A stretch of DNA of 64,000 nucleotides from Dyella sp. (GTDB lineage: Bacteria; Pseudomonadota; Gammaproteobacteria; Xanthomonadales; Rhodanobacteraceae): contig NZ_DASVMI010000030.1 of NCBI RefSeq assembly GCF_036384435.1, positions 57,946 to 121,945 on the forward strand, written 5' to 3'. Positions 1 through 7,983 of this stretch are shown here, in pieces; the first letter of the stretch is position 1; the number at the start of each line of letters is the position of its first letter. The notes under the pieces are model-generated. The model searched no databases and was not told the DNA's origin. It saw nothing but the letters and a program-made list of their open reading frames with translations. The position numbers and the translations under genes are program-made.

Positions 1-406
1 CGCGCAGGATGGCACGCTGCGGGCCCTTCTGGCCGTGCGCCTTCAGAAACGCGGCGGCATCTTCGATACCTGGCTCCACATTGCGACCCAAGGCCTGACC
101 ATCGATCAGGTCTTCGCCGTCGCGCGCAAAGATGTAGCCAATTTCGCCTTGCGGGATGGTCACCAGTTCCACCTTGTGCACCCGATACTGAAAAGGCGCG
201 AAGTAGTGCAAGCCGCCACGCAGCACACGCGGCTGATAACCCACCTCCGCGTTCAGCGCGATCAATCCACGCACCAGCGACGGTGCGCCCCACAGGCGTT
301 CGACCACACCCACGCGGTCATTGGGTATGTAGACAATGACGTTGGATATGAAAACCAGCACGATCAACACAACAACGGCAGCAGCGATTGCAATGAGCCA
401 GGTCAT
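1..406 (-). CDS. SPFH/band-7 (flotillin-like) membrane protein, N-terminal part, runs off window start
   Basis: Not in the ORF track; my translation from ATG at 406 gives MTWLIAIAAAVVVLIVLVFISNVIVYIPNDRVGVVERLWG...GYQPRVLRGGLHYFAPFQYRVHKVELVTIPQGEIGYIFARDG...GQKGPQRAILR, i.e. a TM anchor plus motifs typical of flotillin-like SPFH proteins. Confidence 0.8.
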   Translation of the reverse strand, partial: MTWLIAIAAAVVVLIVLVFISNVIVYIPNDRVGVVERLWGAPSLVRGLIALNAEVGYQPRVLRGGLHYFAPFQYRVHKVELVTIPQGEIGYIFARDGEDLIDGQALGRNVEPGIEDAAAFLKAHGQKGPQRAILR

Positions 407-619
407 GGCTGAATGTCCTTGTGTAATGAGCCCCGGCCTCGCCGGGAGAGCTCGAAAAATCGGCCGCTGCCAGCAACTGGCAAAGCGACCCCTAGCCACC
501 CGGTGCGCGGGCAGCCCTCGATGGATAAACCGGAAAACCCCTTGGAATGGGCGACTAACGCATGGCACCAGGCGCCGCGCAGACACACGGTTGACGTAGA
601 CGATGCATGGCAATTTTCC

Positions 620-1222
620 CTATCGGATAAGACCGGAGAGTTCGTTGACCGTATCGATGGCGTTGCGCCCCATCACGTCGAGCTCCTCGACGATATTGGC
701 CAGTGGCGCATGCGCGGAAATCTGTCCAAACAGAATGTAGTGATCGCCAACCAGACCCACGTTGGATAACGGCAGGCGCGGCCCCAGGCGCAGGCAGGCC
801 TCATTGAAACGAGCCGGATCGATAACCGAGGCCACATCGCACAAGGCCACGGCCATGAAGATCTCATGCTCGCTCACAACCAGTTGCACGGGCTGGTCAC
901 CGTAGTGCGCCAGCGCCAGTTCCACGGCGGGCGGCGCATCGTGCATGCGGATATCGACCAGATGCGGCCGTGTGGCCGCGTACTCGCGCAAGGCATCGAA
1001 CAAGCCTTGCGTGCTCCATTTGTCGTTCATGTCGGCGAGGTCCATGCCCTCGATCAACCGTTCGGTGCGCACGTTGCGGTGACTACGCAGAAACTCCCTG
1101 ACCAACGCCTGTTCGCTCGAAGTCATGTAGATCCGCGGAATCGTCATGCCCATCCGCGTCATGCGTTCACGAAACGCCTTCTGGCGTTGCGCTCCCGTGC
1201 TGACTGCCTGTTTGGATGACAT
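620..1222 (-). CDS. YjfI (DUF2170) family protein with N-terminal RHH-like DNA-binding extension
   Basis: C-terminal ...FNEACLRLGPRLPLSNVGLVGDHYILFGQISAHAPLANIVEELDVMGRNAID resembles YjfI; N-terminal GAQRQKAFRERMTRMGMTIPRIYMT resembles a ribbon-helix-helix. Confidence 0.7.
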   Translation of the reverse strand: MSSKQAVSTGAQRQKAFRERMTRMGMTIPRIYMTSSEQALVREFLRSHRNVRTERLIEGMDLADMNDKWSTQGLFDALREYAATRPHLVDIRMHDAPPAVELALAHYGDQPVQLVVSEHEIFMAVALCDVASVIDPARFNEACLRLGPRLPLSNVGLVGDHYILFGQISAHAPLANIVEELDVMGRNAIDTVNELSGLIR

Positions 1223-1250
1223 GGCTTTGCCGGCGCTCCCTGACGCTACG

Positions 1251-1264
1251 CGTTACGCGTAACG
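1251..1264. promoter_or_regulatory. Perfect 14-bp palindrome CGTTACGCGTAACG, putative operator
   Basis: Seen directly, 29-42 bp upstream of the yjfI-like start codon. Confidence 0.5.
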
Positions 1265-1551
1265 GAATGGATGCGTACGATACGCCGGTCAGGGCTGCTA
1301 CACAATCACACTGCTGCGGCGCGGCGCAATTTAATAAATAACAATATTAATCAGCAACTTACGTATTGAGTTTAGCGCAACTCAGCCGCTCGGCACGGAG
1401 GCCATCCCGGGACAACCTGGTGTAAAGGCCTTGTCTTGGCTGGCTGGCCTTCCCTGCTTCCGCATTCTTCCGGCAGGCCGCCTTCAATTCGCCATCTGGC
1501 AACCCGTATCAGCCACATCGCAGGACCACACTGCCAGCCAAGGAGACTTCG

Positions 1552-2031
1552 ATGAAATCCTGGTTGATCTGTGTCGCGACGCTGTTGCTGCTTCCCTTGC
1601 TGGCATTGGCCGCGTACGACGTATGCGTATTCCAGCCAGCCCGCCTGGACATGCGCATCGCCATAGCGCATGCACCGGCAGCAGACCGCGTCCCCTCACC
1701 AGGCTTCGCTGCCCAATTGCAAATGCAGACTCCGGACCTGGTTCCCTACTCCACGCGCTTGCTGATGCGGCAAGTCGATTTCTCGACATCCCGCTACTGG
1801 GGGCTGCACTATTTTCTATGGTCCCAGCTCAACGCGCTGCACCTGTCCGATGACGAGCGTCTGGCCATCATCGCAAGCCAAGGGTTCCCGGCACCGTATG
1901 GCCCGGATCTCGTGCACGCCTCGCAATGCGCCTTCGGGGAACAACCCGATCAGCTCGACAGCTCCGACATGACCGCCCTGGTGTGGCTCATTCGCGATGG
2001 CGCGCGCCAGAAGACCTGTCCGCACGCATAA
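1552..2031 (+). CDS. Hypothetical exported protein with degenerate transglycosylase (GT51)-like segment
   Basis: N-terminal hydrophobic segment; ASQCAFGEQPDQLDSSDMTALVWLIR resembles the C-terminal GT51 motif. Confidence 0.45.
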   Translation: MKSWLICVATLLLLPLLALAAYDVCVFQPARLDMRIAIAHAPAADRVPSPGFAAQLQMQTPDLVPYSTRLLMRQVDFSTSRYWGLHYFLWSQLNALHLSDDERLAIIASQGFPAPYGPDLVHASQCAFGEQPDQLDSSDMTALVWLIRDGARQKTCPHA

Positions 2032-2202
2032 ATCCGGGACATTCCCCGAGAACACCCGCCCCATGCCACGGCTTGACGACATGAAGATCGACGGTCGCCT
2101 GGACCAGTACCGTCAAGGGCGGTGCGCCAGGGGCTTCTCGACGAAGCTGAGGACAGGGATCGACGAAGAGCATCGATGCCCTGGCTTCTATCGGCACTTC
2201 GC

Positions 2203-2234
2203 AAAAAGAAAGGGCCCGCCGAGGCGAGCCCTTT
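2203..2234 (-). terminator. Intrinsic terminator of the His-rich peptide gene
   Basis: Minus strand AAAGGGCTCGCC-TC-GGCGGGCCCTTT followed by CTTTTT, just downstream of the stop at 2242. Confidence 0.7.
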
Positions 2235-2241
2235 CCAACCA

Positions 2242-2430
2242 TCAGCGGTGGTGAACCACCCGGTGATGCACCGGCCGGCGATGATGCACCGGGTGACGGT
2301 GGTGTACCGGATGATGCACGCGATGGTGCACCGGGTGATGCACAGGATGGTGAACCGGCTGCGCCATGACCGGCGAAGCCATCAGGCCCATGCCAAGCAC
2401 CAGACCCATACCCAACAGCAAACGCTTCAT
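2242..2430 (-). CDS. Small secreted His-rich repeat peptide (PVHH repeats)
   Basis: 62 aa; signal peptide MKRLLLGMGLVLGMGLMASPVMA then (P/R)VHH repeats; own terminator. Confidence 0.75.
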   Translation of the reverse strand: MKRLLLGMGLVLGMGLMASPVMAQPVHHPVHHPVHHRVHHPVHHRHPVHHRRPVHHRVVHHR

Positions 2431-2539
2431 GGCCCCTCCTCAACGTATCGACCGGAATGTGGGCGAAGCTTACTGCACGCGCACGTCGCCGCAACGCCAA
2501 GGAAAAAAGAAATTTTCCGACCCGTCCGAACGGTCGCCG

Positions 2540-2911
2540 TCAGCCCATGTCGTAGAAGAACTGTTCCGAGATCACCTTGTCATCCTTGACGTGGTACACA
2601 CAGATCTCGGTCATCAACTGCCGTCCGTGTTGCTTCATGGTCACATCCAAGGTCATGGTGATGCTGAACCATTGGCCCGCCACCAGCGGATCGCTGACCT
2701 CAATGCGATGCAGGTCATCCACGGCATCCTGGAACGCCTGCCCCTTCTTCAGGATGGCATCGAGCCCCTTCACGCTCCCCAGCGCGCCCGGCTGCGCGCC
2801 TGGCGGCTCCAGGCTCTCGGCATCCTGGGCATACAACTCCCGTTGCGCCGCCTCGAACTGTCCCGCCCGACACAACTCCACCAGGCGCCTCGCCACCGAC
2901 TCGATACTCAT
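2540..2911 (-). CDS. SnoaL-like (NTF2 fold) protein
   Basis: MSIESVARRLVELCRAGQFEAAQRELYAQDAESLEP...EICVYHVKDDKVISEQFFYD; start reassigned to ATG 2911. Confidence 0.85.
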   Translation of the reverse strand: MSIESVARRLVELCRAGQFEAAQRELYAQDAESLEPPGAQPGALGSVKGLDAILKKGQAFQDAVDDLHRIEVSDPLVAGQWFSITMTLDVTMKQHGRQLMTEICVYHVKDDKVISEQFFYDMG

Positions 2912-3051
2912 GGAAGCCACTCCACAGGAAGGAACCACCAGCCTACGCCCCCAAGCCCCACACCGCGACCCACCCCACCACTCTCGACGCCCCACCGCCC
3001 AGCGGCTAAAATTCGACGTTCCCAGCCGCGCAATGCGGCACCGCACGACGC

Positions 3052-3127
<76 letters not shown>

Positions 3128-3358
3128 CACAACAGTCCAAAGATGTCCGTGTTCTCTAAACCAAAAAGTGGCCAATTTGGCCAAGTTCTTGTTTATGGAA
3201 AGCATAAGTTGGCCGGCTTTGGCCGCAGTTAGGCAGGGCAGGGCCTCGTAGGCCATTTAGTCCTTTGGGGCTGCAACGACCCGATCGCGTGCCGAGACGC
3301 GCGCGACGGCGGACTGACTGAATGACTTAAGGTGACGGCAGATGGCTCATTGGCCGAC

Positions 3359-3860
3359 CTAGTCGCAAAGGAAGCGCACCCTGTCGCGGACGGTGTGCAC
3401 GGGCGCTTCGGCCTCAGCAACTATCGTTCTGATAAACGGTTTGCGAGGATATGAGCCATCCATCCTGGTGCGATCAAGCACCAACTGGTCGATCTGTGCC
3501 TGCTTCTGAGTACACCGTTGCTTCACGTCGTTTGCGCGCAGTTGGTGAAGCTGACGAACGAGGTTGTCTAAACATGCCGGCCGTGCGTGAGGGTGCATAT
3601 CAGCCTGCGTGGCCAAGGCCTCGTGTGTTGGATAAGGAGGCCCTCTTTGAAGGGCTTCTTCCAGCAACTGCCGGTATCTGCCCAGGCGCTCCTGACCGAT
3701 AGCTCGCCGTTTCTTCCTACGCCGAGCCGCTGGTGGAGGGATATCCATCAGTTCTTGAGAACCGGCGCACGTGGGATCTAGCAAGATGTCGAGAAGGGGC
3801 GACGTCCCCTAAGCAACCAACCAGCTTCGCTAGAGAAATTGCCCGCAGCCGGCAAACTGG
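3359..3860 (-). pseudogene. Probable C-terminal remnant of a TniQ/TnsD-family protein
   Basis: Minus-strand frames RAISLAKLVGCL / GTSPLLDILLDP...RYRQLLEEALQRGPPYPTHEALATQAD, with frameshift/stops and no N-terminus; resembles helical C-terminal regions of TniQ proteins. Confidence 0.35.
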
Positions 3861-3973
3861 CTGCCATCAGCATCATCGCGTTGCCTATTGTTGACGTCGA
3901 GCCTGACCAATACGGGTGACGTCGAGCAGGCAACGCTTGCGAGCAGCGGAGGGCGACCGGGCCAGAAGCGGAC

Positions 3974-4033
3974 AGTCAACACCTGAGTTAAGCCGCGCCG
4001 CGAAGCGGCGTCGGCTTGGAGGGATCGTTAGGC
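3974..4033 (-). mobile_element. Integron attC recombination site (59-base element)
   Basis: Minus strand GCCTAAC-GATCC-CTCCAAGC-CGACGCCGCTTCGCGGCGCG-GCTTAAC-TCAGGT-GTTGACT, 60 bp, starts immediately after the TAG of ORF 4034-4888; R''/L''/L'/R' architecture. Confidence 0.85.
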
Positions 4034-4888
4034 CTATCCCCGAGCGGACACAAGCACACAGTCGATATTGAAGGTGCGTTTCAACCGGTTCGCCAAAATG
4101 AAATACTGGCGCCTAGGTGATTGCCCCTCATGGAATCTTTCTGCCAGATCACCGTCTTCCTCGATTTGCTCCAGCGCGGCAATGATCTTTGTGTTGATCG
4201 CTGCCAATGATATTGGCTCTGCTGATTGCGCGCGTGTCAGCTCTTCATATACAGATTCCACGAAGCTCTTGCCGTCCTCCGCCCGCTCCGGCTCGGAATG
4301 GAAGCAAACGTGCTTTTTTAGGCTGTAGGTGTAGTGGTGACTTACCGTTGTGGGGTCAGCGACTTGTCTATGGGGAACAATGCTGATCGAGTGGTCAAAT
4401 GAAAGATAGTCTCGCCAGTAATACCAACCGGCATCCCACAATCCAGCGGCGCTAGGACCCCAGAACGGCTCCCGAAATGAGTACTTGTAACGCTCAAGGT
4501 CGGATTTCGTGTGGAAGAGCGGGGCAACATATCGCGAGTAATTTCCGTTTGAGTGCAGAGCCGCAAGCAAGTTATGCTGCTTATACCTGGCGGACTTCTT
4601 GTCTGGGTGAAGTGGAAATGCGTAACAGCCGGGAGCGTCTGCAATTCTAAGTTTTCTTCGCGCAGCTTGCAGAGGTGATTTAGAAAACGTGGGGTAAAGG
4701 TCTGCAACCTTTAACTGCAGAAATAGCGGCACAAGAGCGAGTGCTTCCAGGTCATACCCAAGCGCGTTTTCTTGCTTCCCCGCGTACGTGTGAATTTCAA
4801 AGCGCTGGCCTGCGTTATAAAAGCTCCTGCGTAAATCGAACTCGATAAGTGTCTGGTATGCAGCTTCAATGAACTCTACACTTTGCAT
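4034..4888 (-). CDS. Cassette-borne hypothetical protein, putative PD-(D/E)xK restriction-endonuclease-like nuclease
   Basis: ENALGYD...PLFLQLK motif (E..GYD..F.Q.K); AT-richer than flanks; bounded by TTAGGGC at 4899-4893 and the attC. Confidence 0.6.
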   Translation of the reverse strand: MQSVEFIEAAYQTLIEFDLRRSFYNAGQRFEIHTYAGKQENALGYDLEALALVPLFLQLKVADLYPTFSKSPLQAARRKLRIADAPGCYAFPLHPDKKSARYKQHNLLAALHSNGNYSRYVAPLFHTKSDLERYKYSFREPFWGPSAAGLWDAGWYYWRDYLSFDHSISIVPHRQVADPTTVSHHYTYSLKKHVCFHSEPERAEDGKSFVESVYEELTRAQSAEPISLAAINTKIIAALEQIEEDGDLAERFHEGQSPRRQYFILANRLKRTFNIDCVLVSARG

Positions 4889-5106
4889 GGGCGCCCTAAT
4901 TAGGCCGAACTATTGAATATACGGACACGCCTGTCCGGCTATACATCCCCGATCGCGCAATGAAACGCCTACGCAACCCATTTTGCAGGAGCTTATCCTT
5001 GCCACGTCCGGCTAACAACCTAACGCAAAGCCGGACACGTGGAACGGCGGCTTTGGGTCGTACTCGGCCCTTCGAAGCATCCTCGGTCGTGGCGTAAGCT
5101 CCGCCG

Positions 5107-5931
5107 TCAAGCAGACACATCAAAAGTAGAATTTCTGGCGTGATTGGTGCGGAATTCGACGGGGCTGAGGCCGCCAAGTGCATCATGGGGTCGTACTTCG
5201 TTGTAGTCGATCATCCACCAGTGTGCCGCCTCGCGAACATCTTCGAGGCGGGCAAAGAGGTGCTGGTCCAGGACCTCCTCGCGGAAGGTGCGATTGAAGC
5301 GTTCGATAAAGGCATTCTGGTTGGGCTTGCCGGGCTGGATGTATTGAATTGCCACGCCATTGGCTTTTGCCCACTGGGTGAACGCTTCGCCCAGGAACTC
5401 CGGCCCGTTGTCTGAACGCACCACCTGCGGCAGTCCGTGGTCGCGCTTGATCTGATCGAAAACTCGCACCAAGCGGCTCGAGGTAATCGATGTATCCACT
5501 TCAATATGCAGCGCCTCCCGGTTGAAGTCGTCGACGACGTTGAACGTCCGGAAGCGACGGCCGCAAGCTAGAGCATCACTCATGAAATCAATGGACCACA
5601 CGGTATCCGGCAGCCTCGGCACATAAAGCGCGACACGCTCGCGTTTCGGAAGGCGGCGCCTCGCTGCGCGCCGGATGTTGAGCTTCATCGCTTTGTACAC
5701 ACGGTAAATCCGTTTTGGGTTCCAATCCTTTCGCTTCTTGCGCAACTGGTCGCTGCACTTCCAGAAGCCCCGGCTTGGCCGCTCTTCCACCAGCTTTGCC
5801 AGGGCGGCGATCAACTCCGCGTCGCGCATCGTCCAGTCCAGTGGCGGCGCGTACCAGGCCGCTCGCGACAGCCCCAGATATCCGCAGGACCGGCTCAATG
5901 GGCGGTTGTGCACTTCGGTCAGGAAGCGCAC
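5107..5931 (-). CDS. IS3-family transposase OrfB (DDE integrase core)
   Basis: WSIDFMSD, VVDDFNRE, RSDNGPEF, IQPGKPNQNAFIERFNRTFREE motifs. Confidence 0.95.
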   Translation of the reverse strand: MRFLTEVHNRPLSRSCGYLGLSRAAWYAPPLDWTMRDAELIAALAKLVEERPSRGFWKCSDQLRKKRKDWNPKRIYRVYKAMKLNIRRAARRRLPKRERVALYVPRLPDTVWSIDFMSDALACGRRFRTFNVVDDFNREALHIEVDTSITSSRLVRVFDQIKRDHGLPQVVRSDNGPEFLGEAFTQWAKANGVAIQYIQPGKPNQNAFIERFNRTFREEVLDQHLFARLEDVREAAHWWMIDYNEVRPHDALGGLSPVEFRTNHARNSTFDVSA

Positions 5932-5944
5932 CGCCTCTCGCTTA

Positions 5945-5968
5945 TGGGCCGGCCCTATAGTTTTTTTG
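5945..5968 (-). promoter_or_regulatory. Programmed -1 frameshift signal (A7 run followed by GGGCCGGCCC hairpin)
   Basis: Minus strand GCAAAAAAACTATAGGGCCGGCCC at the orfA/orfB junction. Confidence 0.8.
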
Positions 5969-6221
5969 CGATCAGGTCCTTCAGTGCCGCGTTATCCAGC
6001 GCCAACTCCGCGTACATACGCTTCAGCTTGGCGTTCTCCGCCTCCAGGTCCTTCACCCGGCGCAACTCGGACGCCTCCAGGCCGCCGTACTTGCTCTTCC
6101 ACTGGTAGTACGTGGCGGCACTGATGCCAGCCTGGCGACACAGATCCTTCACCGGCACCCCGGCGTCGGCCTGCTTGAGAATCGAGACGATCTGCGTCTC
6201 GGTGAACTTCGATGTGCGCAT
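5955..6221 (-). CDS. IS3-family transposase OrfA (HTH)
   Basis: MRTSKFTETQIVSILKQADAGVPVKDLCRQAGISAATYYQWKSKYGG...RVKDLEAENAKLKRMYA. Confidence 0.95.
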   Translation of the reverse strand: MRTSKFTETQIVSILKQADAGVPVKDLCRQAGISAATYYQWKSKYGGLEASELRRVKDLEAENAKLKRMYAELALDNAALKDLIAKKL

Positions 6222-6422
6222 GGAACCTCCTGACTTGGGAACAATGCCAGAAAGTTCTAGTTATGAGATGTCTGTCCGACGGGGGAGCTTACGCTTCCAT
6301 ATCGACCGATGCATAGGAGGTGCGAGATTCCAGTTATGGAATTAGCTATATATTCCGCCACTAGATTGAACGGCCACCGCTGAACAACAGACGCTTGTGG
6401 CATGCCGCCACTGCTGCACCAG

Positions 6423-7940
6423 TTACCGAGGCCCTTGCTTGCTCATCGACTGTGTCGGCGGCATCGGTAACTGCGGCGAAGTCGCGCCAGCGGCCGGCCA
6501 ACGCAAGTTGGACGTCTCGATCGTCGATGTCTTGCACTTCGCTAGGAAGCGTGGCATGCCTGCTTCAACGAGCCGAAAAAGAACCGCGGGCGTTTTTTCA
6601 ATCGGCCACTGGATCCAACTGCGGTCTTTACCGGTATGGCGGTCCGCCGGAAAGCCAAACTGGCGCGCCTCTTCCTTCGGAAGAAATACGCCGCAAACAA
6701 CGTTTGGCCCGGCCAAGTAAAGAAGTACGCTTACGCGGCGCAAGGCCGGCTCGTCCTTGTAACGCAACGCTCTCTCGCCAAGTCCGATACGAACTTGCGG
6801 TGTCGTGGTGTCTATTGCTACACAGCGCATCCCTAGAAAATCACTGACCATGCATCCACACTGCAGCAACCAATTGAACATTGGATTGCCATACTCCGCT
6901 CTGCCTGCACTGCCAAATCGATAGCGCAATACCCGATCAAGGCTGATAACAGCTCCAACGCTCGAAGAATAGTCTTTGTTCTGTTTCTTCGACCAGCTAA
7001 TGAAGTGACTATCCAGCACAGGCTTGATTAACATAGCGAATGCCTCGCGCTCCTTACCTTTTAAGGACATACCAAACAAGCCATCGGTCGCCTCCATGAC
7101 ATCCATCACCATGCCGCCCGGATAGGTCTTATGTCCACCGGCGAGGGGGCGACGTGCGCCGTGGCAGACCGTACCGCCGCGCTTTTTATATTGAATGTCA
7201 ATATATCTATCCGATAAGTCACGACTGAGGTAGCTTTGCCAATTGTGGTAATAGTCCAGCGAGATGGAGGCTTTCCGGTGAGCCTTCGCCCCCATGCTCC
7301 GACTCAGCTGACGTTGCTCCCGATCTGCCTGTTCGAGCTTGCGTTCCGCTCTAGTAGGAACCGAACGCCACAATATGAGCTTGATGCCGCGATCAAGGAA
7401 CGTCATCCAGTTGCTGTTATCAATCGCAAATCTGTTGCTGTTCGACGTTGCGGGCTTTGGACGACCGGCACGATGGGGTTTCCAGCGAAGATATGCCTCC
7501 CTGATCATATCGTCGTCGACGGTCTCTGCACTATCCCATTGAGTCTTGAACCAATCACGTGCCTGTTCAAGGTGTGCCTGATCCTCCACCCGATAGCCCG
7601 CCTCGATCCAATGGCCAACCTCGTCGCCCTCGAAGCCAAGGCCATTGGCAGAAAAGTTAGCGGATCCGATGATGCCGTAGCTGGCTCCCAACAGCACTTT
7701 CGCATGCAGGTTGCTCAGCTGTTTGACCTCCACGTTCGTGTGCTTCATTAGCTCCCCGATGACGCTGGGGTTGGTTCCTCCGCTCAGGAGATTACAAATG
7801 ATTCGGCGCTTGCCGACGGCCGCCCCAAGAAGGACATCGTTCGCACCCTTTCCCCAAAAGGCAATGGCCATATCCACAGTCTCATCGGAGACGGCCAGGT
7901 CTTTGATGGCTTTGCTGTAGCCCTTGCCGACTAGAAACAT
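6423..7940 (-). CDS. Phospholipase D-family (single HKD) nuclease with long uncharacterised C-terminus
   Basis: AIAFWG...LHAKVLLG...IIGSANFSANGL...EAG: HxK..GSxN..E motif as in Nuc/BfiI-type nucleases. Confidence 0.8.
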   Translation of the reverse strand: MFLVGKGYSKAIKDLAVSDETVDMAIAFWGKGANDVLLGAAVGKRRIICNLLSGGTNPSVIGELMKHTNVEVKQLSNLHAKVLLGASYGIIGSANFSANGLGFEGDEVGHWIEAGYRVEDQAHLEQARDWFKTQWDSAETVDDDMIREAYLRWKPHRAGRPKPATSNSNRFAIDNSNWMTFLDRGIKLILWRSVPTRAERKLEQADREQRQLSRSMGAKAHRKASISLDYYHNWQSYLSRDLSDRYIDIQYKKRGGTVCHGARRPLAGGHKTYPGGMVMDVMEATDGLFGMSLKGKEREAFAMLIKPVLDSHFISWSKKQNKDYSSSVGAVISLDRVLRYRFGSAGRAEYGNPMFNWLLQCGCMVSDFLGMRCVAIDTTTPQVRIGLGERALRYKDEPALRRVSVLLYLAGPNVVCGVFLPKEEARQFGFPADRHTGKDRSWIQWPIEKTPAVLFRLVEAGMPRFLAKCKTSTIETSNLRWPAAGATSPQLPMPPTQSMSKQGPR

Positions 7941-7983
7941 AGTTGTTCCATTCCGATGGAGATGTTGGCATCCAGTATCGACA

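Larger units (their letters stand above)
5093..6293 (-). mobile_element. IS3-family insertion sequence (about 1.2 kb, IS407-group-like)
   Basis: 25-bp terminal IRs CGTAAGCTCCGCCGTCAAGCAGACA (5093-5117) vs CGTAAGCTCCCCCGTCGGACAGACA (6293-6269), 21/25 match; orfA plus orfB; no flanking direct repeat seen. Confidence 0.92.

Noticed and set aside
35-412. 125-aa plus-strand ORF
   Set aside because: Antisense shadow of the SPFH gene
1320-1380. AT-rich tract as an att or integrase arm site
   Set aside because: No matching repeat or recombinase nearby; most simply a promoter region
4896-5186. 96-aa minus-strand ORF
   Set aside because: Spans the IS end and hairpin-rich junction; no recognisable protein features
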